From: a virus
Taxonomy: Duplodnaviria; Heunggongvirae; Uroviricota; Caudoviricetes
DNA: 9,362 nt
Strand: one strand, 5' to 3'
Virus record (IMG/VR): IMGVR_UViG_2663762627_000002
Of the stretch, positions 1-6,995 are shown in pieces. The first letter of the stretch is position 1; each line of letters opens with the position of its first letter. Below the pieces are notes generated by a model. The model did no database searches and had not been told where the DNA came from. It saw only the letters and a list, made by a program, of their open reading frames with translations. The position numbers and the translations under genes were made by a program.

Positions 1-84
1 GAAGACGCGACAGTTCAACCTGATAAAAAAGAAGAGAAAAAAGACGATACAAATACCGCTGGCACCATTGATATTTACGTCTAA
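1..84 (+). CDS. 3' end of an upstream gene (partial; C-terminal 27 aa ...EDATVQPDKKEEKKDDTNTAGTIDIYV, stop TAA 82-84)
   Basis: Open frame runs from the window edge to TAA at 82-84 and is followed by a terminator hairpin. Product not recognised. Confidence 0.4.
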   Translation, partial: EDATVQPDKKEEKKDDTNTAGTIDIYV

Positions 85-98
85 GTGACAGCCGTATT

Positions 99-121
99 GT
101 GGCCCTCATCGGGCCACTTTT
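99..121 (+). terminator. Rho-independent terminator-like hairpin (GTGGCCC-tcatc-GGGCCAC + TTTT)
   Basis: Perfect 7-bp GC-rich stem (99-105 / 111-117), 5-nt loop, then a T4 run at 118-121, placed 15 bp after the stop of the upstream gene. Confidence 0.6.
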
Positions 122-162
122 CGCCATCAGCCTTTTCTTTAAAGACATATTATCTTTGTATC

Positions 163-212
163 ATTTCTGATAGTTAACATTACAAGAATTTCTGATAGTT
201 AACATTACAAGA
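163..212. repeat. Perfect tandem duplication of a 25-bp unit (ATTTCTGATAGTTAACATTACAAGA x2); putative subterminal transposase-binding repeats of the IS
   Basis: Units at 163-187 and 188-212 are identical. The core AGTTAACATTAC recurs in inverted orientation at 2034-2045, and TTAACATTA at 2009-2017. Confidence 0.85.
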
Positions 213-545
213 TATAAGTAATGGACGCACTCCCAATTAGTCTATTTAAATCGCCACGAGTTTAACTGACAACCCATGATCAATTATGAATTGCAACTAT
301 TTCTGTAGTCACTTTTGTGGGGACAGTCCACAAAACTGCCAACTTCCGCTTCTTGCTCTTAGCGGACATTAGCATAGGCTATTTACCATAACGCCTCATT
401 ACGCGCACCGCCCAGACTGACTCAGCGCGTTTCTGGCATATCCCCGGTAAAACAAGTAACAAACCACCCGAAAATGAACACCAGAAACGCGACTTAAGAA
501 TCTACCCTATGAATGGATATGCACTCAACCGAATCGATCTTGGTT

Positions 546-1859
546 TCAATCTTTTTTATCGGGATCAGGCTTCTTTTTAGGTAACTTCGGGGGCTTAACT
601 TGCTGATGACTTTGCGTTCGGCGCGTAAGCCAGGGATGGTCAGCTTTAGGTTTAACATAGTATTTTGAGCGTAAATCAATACGGGCATTATCCACTCGTT
701 CATGGACACTCTTTTCATCATCCAGTGGTATAGGCTCCGGGCCATCAACATACTTTTCCCAGCCCAGCGCTTTCCCGTCATACAGAACGTTAATTTCACC
801 GTCAAAGTTCTCGCATACAGTAACAACCGAATGCCTAAGTCGATATCCCCGGCCCTCACTGCGTACCTGAAACGCACTGCTTTTGTACTGGAAAGTGAGA
901 TTTTTAGACAGAACGCGCTTCGCCTGTAGGCTGAAGATATAACCCAGTTCCTCTTCAGAATGGTGCACATCAAGATGAGCATTATCAGTAGTACGAGGCG
1001 ACGTAGCGAACCGGTTGTTATAGGCTTCAATAAAGGTCGGCAACCATGCATTTGCTGTTTCAATATCACTGATATTCTGAAGCCGCATTTCTTTGACCAG
1101 CCTGTCCTGTAGTGTCTGATTGGCGCGCTCTACCCGCCCTTTTGCCTGCGGGCTGTTGGCATGGATTGGCTCGATGCCCAGTGTCTTTATCGCACGAGTG
1201 AACTGGGTCAGCTCACCTTCCCGCTCTGGGTTATTTACCCTGAATATACTGTGTCTATCAGAGTAGAGAGCGAGCGGTACGCCATGATCATTAAGGTAAC
1301 CCCGGAGGGTTTCCATGTAAGCCCGGGTTGTTTCAGCAGGCACAAAACGCAACGCCATCAACGCACTGGTGGCATCATCAATGAAAACGATCAGTGTACA
1401 TCTGGGGCCTCGATTTTCAAACCAGTCATGAGGTGAGCCATCAATCTGGATCAGTTCACCGTAAGATGGTCGTCGCATGCGGCGTTGATATATACGGGCA
1501 ATTTTACGACGGCGTTCACGCCATAACCCCTCTTCTATCATCCACTTTCTGAGAGTTTCAACGGATAAAGATAAACCGTGTATCTCGCGCAATTTTTCGC
1601 ACGCAAACGTAGGTCCAAAATCAGCGTAACGGCCTTTGAGGAGTGAAATTACTGTTGCTCTGAATTCAGTAGAAAAGGAATTATTAGGACGCTTTCCACG
1701 TCGGTGGGAAACCAGACCAGAAGGCCCTTCATTTCTATACCGTTGCACCAGACGTTTAACCTGCCGAATAGAAATGCCAATGCGTGCCGCAGCTTGTTCC
1801 TGAATAATCTGAAGTCGGTGGAGTTCCTTATGACTCATCGTAACAGTCTCTTTGATCAT
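546..1859 (-). CDS. DDE transposase with integrase (rve) catalytic core and N-terminal helix-turn-helix, 437 aa
   Basis: ATG start at 1859 with a G-rich stretch upstream. N-terminal HTH-like segment (ARIGISIRQVKRLVQRY). Catalytic motifs ...FIDDATS..., ...LYSDRHSIF..., ...NSPQAKGRVERANQTL... match the D, D, E pattern of retroviral-integrase-type transposases. Family assignment is from memory. Confidence 0.9.
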   Translation of the reverse strand: MIKETVTMSHKELHRLQIIQEQAAARIGISIRQVKRLVQRYRNEGPSGLVSHRRGKRPNNSFSTEFRATVISLLKGRYADFGPTFACEKLREIHGLSLSVETLRKWMIEEGLWRERRRKIARIYQRRMRRPSYGELIQIDGSPHDWFENRGPRCTLIVFIDDATSALMALRFVPAETTRAYMETLRGYLNDHGVPLALYSDRHSIFRVNNPEREGELTQFTRAIKTLGIEPIHANSPQAKGRVERANQTLQDRLVKEMRLQNISDIETANAWLPTFIEAYNNRFATSPRTTDNAHLDVHHSEEELGYIFSLQAKRVLSKNLTFQYKSSAFQVRSEGRGYRLRHSVVTVCENFDGEINVLYDGKALGWEKYVDGPEPIPLDDEKSVHERVDNARIDLRSKYYVKPKADHPWLTRRTQSHQQVKPPKLPKKKPDPDKKD

Positions 1860-2008
1860 GAAAAATCCCCCAGAGAATTGTCTGGGGACATTTTAGAATG
1901 GTTCAAAGGGGACATTACAGCTTGGTGTTAACAATAGCCTGCTTCTCCGTGCCTTTCGGCACGTAAGAGGCTAACCTACATGTGTCTAGCATGAAATTGG
2001 CCTCAGAT

Positions 2009-2045
2009 TAATGTTAAGCGTCTTGCAGGACGCGTAATGTTAACT
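2009..2045. repeat. Right-end inverted copies of the IS subterminal motif (TAATGTTAA at 2009-2017; GTAATGTTAACT at 2034-2045)
   Basis: These are reverse complements of the core of the 25-bp tandem units at 163-212, with similar spacing. Confidence 0.65.
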
Positions 2046-2193
2046 GGGGCTTTTCTCTATCTGCCGTTGGTGTCCATGCCCGAGGCAGATAGCCTCAAGC
2101 ACCCGCAGTCATTCTACTTAACTAAGATTTCCCCGCAAACCGTTTTTGTCCAGCACAGTAAATATCCAACTAAACCAATGGAGTTCGCTGTAT

Positions 2194-2373
2194 TTACCGC
2201 CAGTATTCAATGCACATGACCGCCATGAACACCCCTAAAAAAAGGGCATTTATATATCCAAATATTAATATCAAAACATCAACTTTTTCCATATACCTTG
2301 CTGTGAAGATGATGGGCATACATGATGCGAACAACCAGAACGCAACAAACAAAAACTGCAATGCGTTTTTCAT
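2194..2373 (-). CDS. Small hydrophobic membrane protein, 59 aa, two predicted TM helices (MKNALQFLFVAFWLFASCMPIIFTARYMEKVDVLILIFGYINALFLGVFMAVMCIEYWR)
   Basis: ATG at 2373 is preceded by a consensus Shine-Dalgarno AGGAGG with a 5-nt spacer (plus-strand CCTCCT at 2379-2384). Two hydrophobic stretches; stop TAA at 2194-2196. The ORF-track entry 2194-2412 begins at an upstream GTG. Confidence 0.5.
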   Translation of the reverse strand: MKNALQFLFVAFWLFASCMPIIFTARYMEKVDVLILIFGYINALFLGVFMAVMCIEYWR

Positions 2374-2627
2374 TATTCCTCCTACAATCAATGTGCAATT
2401 ACATTTAAACACACCTCAATTTGGCCGGACATATAAATATCTAAACCAGAAAAAATCACTTACATAGCGTTACAAACTCTTTAGTCTAAAGGTTCATCGT
2501 AAAACATTCCCCATACTTATCAGTCCGTTCCGCGCCAGGTAGCTCATTGCCTTATCTGGCAACCTGTAATCAGGTTTCCGCTTTTTCAGTTGGCTGGTCG
2601 TTTAACCGACATAGTTAATCCATTAAT

Positions 2628-2915
2628 CTAGTTGCCGGATGTTGGTGGATTTTCGCGTTTTAGTTGTTCATAAAAGTGCACAGCTTTAACCAGTTCTTCT
2701 GATGTAACTGGGACTGGTGAGGCAGTGAATAAGGCCTGAATTTGATAGTTCGGCCTGTCGTTACAATCCTCTTTTTTCGGTACATATTTCCAGTCACCAG
2801 ACCACTACTTCCCCTGAAAGTCCGTAACGCCTTTTTTCACGTAGCGATATCGCCATGCCACTGGTTTTGCTTGCCCCGCCGTTTCATGCCCTTCCTGATA
2901 ATTAATCTCGCTCAT
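2628..2915 (-). pseudogene. Stop-interrupted ORF: 36 codons (MSEINYQEGHETAGQAKPVAWRYRYVKKGVTDFQGK), in-frame TAG, then 58 further in-frame codons (WSGDWKYVPKKEDCNDRPNYQIQALFTASPVPVTSEELVKAVHFYEQLKRENPPTSGN)
   Basis: Manual minus-strand translation. A single amber codon (plus 2805-2807) splits an otherwise continuous ~95-codon frame. Lies in a region where every ORF is very short, consistent with gene decay. Confidence 0.3.
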
Positions 2916-3525
2916 TCATCGCCCCACTCATCACAATATGCTTCGACCGGAGTTTTTCCCGCTTCATAGTCATCACGCTAGGATTCGACATCAGCAGCAC
3001 TTCCACCGCGTAACTCACCATAGTCCATTAATAGTTCATCCCGCTCTTCAAAACTGATGTTATATTTGGCTGAACAAAAATCAGCCACTTTGTTCTTCCT
3101 CATCGTCTTTTATTTCGTGGTATGAGTAATTGCAGTAGTTAAAGAAAATTTCTTATGCTCCGTCATGAATTTCCTCAGGTGTTGCGTCATCGTCCACTTC
3201 GAATACATCCTCAAAATCTCCACCAGCTATTCCCGTTTCAATAATAATTTTGAACTTTCGCATTTCACTACCGCCCTTTCGGGCGGCCTCCTGATGTTCT
3301 GAGGGTGCAGAAATCCATCCGGTTAAGGATTAAATTTTATTTACAGAACTGAATTTAATTATTCAGATATACGTATCTGTAGCCTTACGAATCTACTCAC
3401 TGGATGCCTCTTTCATAAAAATAATCCAGTGGGTTTTATCGTTTTTTCCCTGTTCGTTGACAGATAACAGGTTTTCTGTCTGTCAGTGCCAGAATCTGGC
3501 TTACCGGTATTTGCGTTTCATTCCA

Positions 3526-3882
3526 TTAAAAAATCAGAACGCCGTGCGGCCTCAACACCCGAAAGGCTTCTTTAAATCTCTGTCGCGAATCATCACGCCA
3601 GGCATCTTTATTCAGCCGTCCATATTTCTTTCCCATCCAGGCGTTATCACCAACACTCTCAAGATGCGGAGGGTCTAATACAACCATCGAAAAAGATGCG
3701 TCTGCAAATGATAATGCACGAAAATCTGCGATAATGTCAGGGCTGATAATCAAGCGTCTCCCATTGCGTAATGTGTATCCTTCTTTTCTGATATCGCTGA
3801 ATATCGCCCGTTCGTCAGACTTATCGAACCAGAACATGCGGCTGCCACAGCACATATCAAGAATGGTTGCCGGTGCACTCAC
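3526..3882 (-). CDS. Compact SAM-dependent DNA methyltransferase-like protein, 118 aa, possibly C-terminally truncated
   Basis: GTG start overlaps the stop of the upstream gene (GTGA at 3879-3882). Contains ILDMCCGS (motif I-like), VVLDPPH (DPPY/H-type motif of amino-methyltransferases) and LRPHGVLIF. Ends at TAA with no plausible continuation in any frame. Confidence 0.55.
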   Translation of the reverse strand: MSAPATILDMCCGSRMFWFDKSDERAIFSDIRKEGYTLRNGRRLIISPDIIADFRALSFADASFSMVVLDPPHLESVGDNAWMGKKYGRLNKDAWRDDSRQRFKEAFRVLRPHGVLIF

Positions 3883-4301
3883 TGCGCCACGTCCTGAAAA
3901 TTACCCTGATAGAAAGCCAGTATGCGCTGCATAACTTCGCTCTTCCGGCACTCGCGACAGATTATGTTTAGGCGACTGTCGTAGCGACGTATTTCTCCGT
4001 CAGGTGATGACCAGATAAGGTCCGGATCAACCACAGCAGGTTTCTTCACCTTTGCCCTCGAGAGTTTTTTGCGGGCGTTTTGCCAGTCCTTACGCGCCTG
4101 TTCAGAGGGGAATAACCCGTAGCCGGAGTTGTATACATCGCCACTGGCTACCAGCTCTCTGGCAAGAACGCTCATCAGATATCTAGTCGCACCTGTTTTA
4201 GCTTCCAGTTGCCGTAACGTCTCACGGCCGCTCTGGCGCACGAGTTCCACCACCTGCCATTTAATTTTTTCCCGCTCTTCTTGTGTAAAAACTTTTGCCA
4301 C
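3879..4301 (-). CDS. Hypothetical protein, 140 aa, translationally coupled to the downstream methyltransferase-like gene
   Basis: GTG start at 4301 preceded by AAGGGGGA. Its stop overlaps the start of the 3526-3882 gene. Basic C-terminal half; no recognisable motif. Confidence 0.6.
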   Translation of the reverse strand: MAKVFTQEEREKIKWQVVELVRQSGRETLRQLEAKTGATRYLMSVLARELVASGDVYNSGYGLFPSEQARKDWQNARKKLSRAKVKKPAVVDPDLIWSSPDGEIRRYDSRLNIICRECRKSEVMQRILAFYQGNFQDVAQ

Positions 4302-4341
4302 AAGTCCCCCTTAAAATTACCTCATGACCTGAAATCAACAC

Positions 4342-5361
4342 TTATCCTCTGAAACCAGGCGGAATTTCTGTATCCGGTTCAGAAATATGATTAACACAAC
4401 GCTGTACAGGTGAACGTCCCAGGCGGATGACCAGTTCGTCCCATTTTTCGCGGAGCTTTGACGGGCTCATGATGTTTTTTACCCAGAATGGATCTCGCTG
4501 AACCCGACCAAACATTTCGCAAATTTGTCTGTGGCTTCTGCCATCCAGCATCCGCATTGTGCGCACGTCATTGGCCCAGGCAGTCCAGTTAGGCTCTTTT
4601 GGTCGCATGATCTCGCCATCATCACTGGCTGCCTGTTCGTAGAGACCCACGATCCGCCCCCAGATCCACTGCGCACACGCCAAATCCTCCCTGCTACCCC
4701 ACTGGCGTTTTTTCGCACTAAACACAACCGCGTCGGAGTTCCGGGTTAAAAAATCCTGTTCAGTCGTCTGCGGGTCCGGTTGCGAAGCTTCCGGACGAAA
4801 AGTGTTTTTATTCTCTGTAGTAATCTCTGTTGTATTCTCTGTAAGATCATCAGGCCATTTTGACCCGATGACATTGGGTCGTTTTGAACCAATGGAGCGT
4901 TTCATTTTGACCTCTTCCATCGTGTCATTTTGACCTGATGGAGCGGCGCATTTTGAACCGATGGATTCGCTCAATTTGCCACCATCTAAAAGCTCGCTCC
5001 CATAGTTGATCGTGTAGAAATTGGTCATATCGCGCTTTGATTTATTGAGCTTTTCACAACGCAAAAGCCCCAGCGTTTTCAGACTTGCAAACGCGCGCTT
5101 TAACGTTGACTCTGACCAGAATGGGAACTGTTCCAGCCATTGTTCCGTTGTGTTATAAATCCAGCGAACACCATCACATTCCATGCCGGAGTTGGTATCT
5201 CTCAACCAGTAGTGCAGTTGTTGCAAAACAATGGCTTCGTTTAAGCCAATTTTCATTGCCAGCTGCGTGTTTATAACCAGTGGGCGTTCAGCAAAAAGAA
5301 GGCTCATAATTCCATCCAGCTTTTTGTTGGTATTGCTGTCGATACGCAAGTTTGAAAGCAA
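4342..5361 (-). CDS. Phage replication initiator (replisome-organiser / O-like) with an internal origin; 339 aa as listed, true start probably the ATG at 5307 (322 aa)
   Basis: N-terminal winged-helix-like domain (LNEAIVLQQLHYW...TLKRAFASLKTLGLLR). Central low-complexity linker encoded by DNA iterons. Sits in the lambda O position downstream of the cro-like gene. The track start at 5361 is TTG; ATG 5307 would overlap the upstream gene by 20 bp. Confidence 0.8.
   Translation of the reverse strand: MLSNLRIDSNTNKKLDGIMSLLFAERPLVINTQLAMKIGLNEAIVLQQLHYWLRDTNSGMECDGVRWIYNTTEQWLEQFPFWSESTLKRAFASLKTLGLLRCEKLNKSKRDMTNFYTINYGSELLDGGKLSESIGSKCAAPSGQNDTMEEVKMKRSIGSKRPNVIGSKWPDDLTENTTEITTENKNTFRPEASQPDPQTTEQDFLTRNSDAVVFSAKKRQWGSREDLACAQWIWGRIVGLYEQAASDDGEIMRPKEPNWTAWANDVRTMRMLDGRSHRQICEMFGRVQRDPFWVKNIMSPSKLREKWDELVIRLGRSPVQRCVNHISEPDTEIPPGFRG
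4809..4844. repeat. Three tandem 12-bp repeats (TATTCTCTGTAG / TAATCTCTGTTG / TATTCTCTGTAA) next to the iterons; candidate origin-flanking element
   Basis: Direct repeats with 12-bp period immediately downstream (in the gene's direction) of the iteron array. They encode TTENTTEITTEN in the protein. Confidence 0.7.
4855..4965. repeat. Five iterons, ~23-bp period, consensus CATTTTGA(A)CC-N-GATGG; putative replication origin inside the initiator gene
   Basis: Copies at about 4856-4870, 4879-4895, 4903-4917, 4926-4941 and 4948-4963. They encode the SIGSK-type repeats of the protein linker. The arrangement matches ori-lambda inside gene O. Confidence 0.8.
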
Positions 5362-5809
5362 TTGCTTTTTCTATAAGTTCGTCAGTTTCACGATCCACTA
5401 CGGCAGGATCAGCAAAAAGCAGTCCGGACTCCACCACATCGCCATATTCTTTGTTTAACCCGGCGATCATGCACGTGATGCTTTTTCCGTCAGTAATTTC
5501 ACGATACAACCTGAAATCATTAATCCGGATAGCCTCCATAATTGCAGGCACTAGCGCCGTGAACTTTTCACGCTTATCCCTGGTGTCGATAGCCTTCCAG
5601 CGTTCAAATATCTTCACTCGATTAACGCCAAGCGCTCGCTGATCAATCGCGCCACCTTCATATGTGACACGCTGAACATCGATGTTCGGGCGCTCTTTCA
5701 AAGCCCAGAATGCTTCAGTGATTAATATCGTCGCCTGCTCCTGTGTCATTCCTGGTCGACATATCCAGGCATCCAGAGCCTCACGAGCCTGTTCAGGAGT
5801 GATTTTCAT
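5288..5809 (-). CDS. Hypothetical early protein, 173 aa, in the CII/YdaT position downstream of the cro-like gene
   Basis: ATG at 5809; overlaps the 3' end of the cro-like gene by 17 bp and the track start of the initiator. Function inferred only from position. Confidence 0.65.
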   Translation of the reverse strand: MKITPEQAREALDAWICRPGMTQEQATILITEAFWALKERPNIDVQRVTYEGGAIDQRALGVNRVKIFERWKAIDTRDKREKFTALVPAIMEAIRINDFRLYREITDGKSITCMIAGLNKEYGDVVESGLLFADPAVVDRETDELIEKAIAFKLAYRQQYQQKAGWNYEPSFC

Positions 5810-6023
5810 TGTTCAACCGCCCCGCCCGCTTCGTCTTACGATATTCATCATAAACTTTGGGATCATACTGAAGCTCCCCGCCAGATGCCTCCTGTAGACG
5901 CATCGCGCGACCTTCGGGAACTAAATCCCCTTTCCAGCTATAAAGCGAAGCCAAACGAATACCTGCTGCTTGTGCAAGTTTTGTTTTTGAACCGAAATAC
6001 AAAAGAGCGTCAGTTTTAAGCAT
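5793..6023 (-). CDS. Cro-like small HTH DNA-binding protein, 76 aa (YdaS-like)
   Basis: ATG at 6023 with AAAGGTG 8 nt upstream. HTH-like segment GSKTKLAQAAGIRLASLYSWKG. Divergent from the repressor gene across an operator-bearing intergenic region. Confidence 0.8.
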   Translation of the reverse strand: MLKTDALLYFGSKTKLAQAAGIRLASLYSWKGDLVPEGRAMRLQEASGGELQYDPKVYDEYRKTKRAGRLNNENHS

Positions 6024-6106
6024 TTAAAACACCTTTATTGTTAGTCATAACTAACAAGATAGATGTTAACAAAAACATAGTCAATACGATTTAGCATTAG
6101 CTAACT
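6024..6106. promoter_or_regulatory. Divergent promoter/operator region (OR-like) between the cro-like and repressor genes
   Basis: Perfect palindrome TTGTTAGT-cata-ACTAACAA (6038-6057), palindromic 8-mer TGTTAACA (6064-6071), palindrome TTAGC-atta-GCTAA (6091-6104). On the minus strand, TTGACT, a 17-bp spacer and TATCTT form a PR-like promoter reading into the cro-like gene, with the 6038-6057 operator over the start region. Confidence 0.6.
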
Positions 6107-6514
6107 ATGGAAACAAAAAATTTAACTATCGGCGAACGCATCAGGTATCGTCGGAAAAACCTCAAACACACCCAAAGGTCTCTTGCTAAAGCCCTGAAAA
6201 TCTCCCATGTGTCTGTATCACAATGGGAACGGGGTGATAGTGAACCTACAGGGAAGAACCTTTTTGCCCTCAGCAAAGTATTGCAATGCTCACCAACATG
6301 GATTCTATTTGGCGATGAAGACAAGCAACCAACACCACCTGTTGAGAAGCCAGTTGCCTTATCCCCCAAAGAACTAGAGCTCCTTGAGCTGTTTAATGCA
6401 CTGCCAGAATCAGAACAGGATACCCAGCTCGCCGAAATGCGAGCTCGAGTAAAAAACTTCAATAAACTCTTTGAAGAATTACTAAAAGCCCGTCAGCGGA
6501 CAAATAAAAGATAA
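6107..6514 (+). CDS. XRE-family (CI-like) prophage repressor, 135 aa, without a peptidase/autocleavage domain
   Basis: N-terminal HTH (LKHTQRSLAKALKISHVSVSQWERG). No Shine-Dalgarno and an operator palindrome ends 3 bp before the ATG, suggesting a leaderless transcript. C-terminal half is short and coiled-coil-like, as in RacR-type repressors. Confidence 0.85.
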   Translation: METKNLTIGERIRYRRKNLKHTQRSLAKALKISHVSVSQWERGDSEPTGKNLFALSKVLQCSPTWILFGDEDKQPTPPVEKPVALSPKELELLELFNALPESEQDTQLAEMRARVKNFNKLFEELLKARQRTNKR

Positions 6515-6536
6515 CATCATCAATGAGTTATCTTTT
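6507..6536 (+). terminator. Weak AT-rich terminator-like hairpin after the repressor gene (AAAGATAAC-11 nt-GTTATCTTT then T)
   Basis: 9-bp inverted repeat 6507-6515 / 6527-6535 overlapping the stop codon. The stem is AT-rich, so stability is low. Confidence 0.3.
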
Positions 6537-6552
6537 ACCACATCAATTATGT

Positions 6553-6610
6553 TAGCTATAGCATACAAAATCACTTGACCGATATGTTAGTCATGGCTAA
6601 TCTTGTTTGC
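6553..6610 (+). promoter_or_regulatory. OL/PL-like operator-promoter downstream of the repressor gene
   Basis: Operator-like sites TGTTAGCTATAGCA (6553-6566) and near-palindrome TTAGTCATGGCTAA (6587-6600) share half-sites with the 6024-6106 operators. TTGACC (6575-6580), a 17-bp spacer and TAATCT (6598-6603) form a rightward promoter overlapped by the second site. Confidence 0.45.
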
Positions 6611-6680
6611 ATCAACACACCGCACGGTGTTCTCAGCAAACAGTTCCGCTACCCCAGCGTTAAGGGGAAATGAGGTCAGC

Positions 6681-6836
6681 ATGGATACTATCGATCTTGG
6701 CAACAACGAATCTCTGGTGTACGGCGTGTTTCCAAACCAGGACGGCACGTTCACCGCAATGACGTATACCAAAAGCAAAACGTTTAAAACCGAAAATGGT
6801 GCCCGTCGCTGGCTGGAAAGAAACTCAGGTGAGTGA
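6681..6836 (+). CDS. Small early-left protein, 51 aa (MDTIDLGNNESLVYGVFPNQDGTFTAMTYTKSKTFKTENGARRWLERNSGE); resembles YdaF-type prophage proteins (from memory)
   Basis: ATG at 6681 with GAGG 5 nt upstream. The track ORF 6603-6836 starts at an upstream TTG. Confidence 0.6.
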   Translation: MDTIDLGNNESLVYGVFPNQDGTFTAMTYTKSKTFKTENGARRWLERNSGE

Positions 6837-6837
6837 T

Positions 6838-6966
6838 ATGGATTTCGACACAATCATGGAAAAGGCTTACGAAGAATACTTCGAAGGCCTTGCCGAAGGC
6901 GAAGAAGCTCTCAGCTTCAGTGAGTTTAAACAGGCGCTTTCCAGTTCGGCAAAATCTAACGGCTGA
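6838..6966 (+). CDS. Small acidic early-left protein, 42 aa (MDFDTIMEKAYEEYFEGLAEGEEALSFSEFKQALSSSAKSNG); YdaG-like by position
   Basis: ATG at 6838 lies 1 nt after the stop of the preceding gene, with AGGTGAG upstream. Below the size cutoff of the ORF track. Confidence 0.5.
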   Translation: MDFDTIMEKAYEEYFEGLAEGEEALSFSEFKQALSSSAKSNG

Positions 6967-6995
6967 TAAGCGAAACAGCACCGCGAGGAATCAGT

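Larger units (their letters stand above)
157..2047 (-). mobile_element. Insertion sequence, ~1.9 kb, carrying one rve-type DDE transposase gene (IS481/ISNCY-like; boundaries approximate, +/-20 bp)
   Basis: Transposase ORF 546-1859 is flanked by inverted copies of TTAACATTA(C): two on the left spaced 25 bp apart, two on the right spaced 26 bp apart. A possible short target duplication (CTTTTCT-like, ~133-139 and ~2050-2056) is weak. Exact termini not determined. Confidence 0.6.

Noticed and set aside
494-1931. Track ORFs 494-1069(-), 702-929(+), 1161-1436(+), 1704-1931(+) overlapping the transposase gene
   Set aside because: They are alternative-frame or antisense ORFs inside a well-supported 437-aa transposase gene, with GTG/TTG starts and no ribosome-binding sites.
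2037-2467. Track ORFs 2037-2219(+) and 2210-2467(+)
   Set aside because: One overlaps the IS end repeats; the other is antisense to the small membrane protein gene, which has a consensus ribosome-binding site. Composition is low-complexity.
3436-3528. Possible read-through extension of the methyltransferase-like gene past its TAA
   Set aside because: Careful retranslation gives only 29 more codons before another stop and no motif, so a simple nonsense-interrupted full-length methyltransferase is not supported.
2742-4314. Plus-strand ORFs 2742-2969, 3457-3678, 3734-3934, 4129-4314
   Set aside because: They are antisense to minus-strand genes or lie in the decayed region, and lack ribosome-binding sites and recognisable motifs.
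4479-5897. ORFs 4479-4727(-), 4525-4749(+), 5085-5276(+), 5231-5458(+), 5352-5642(+), 5682-5897(+)
   Set aside because: They are internal or antisense to the initiator and 173-aa genes.
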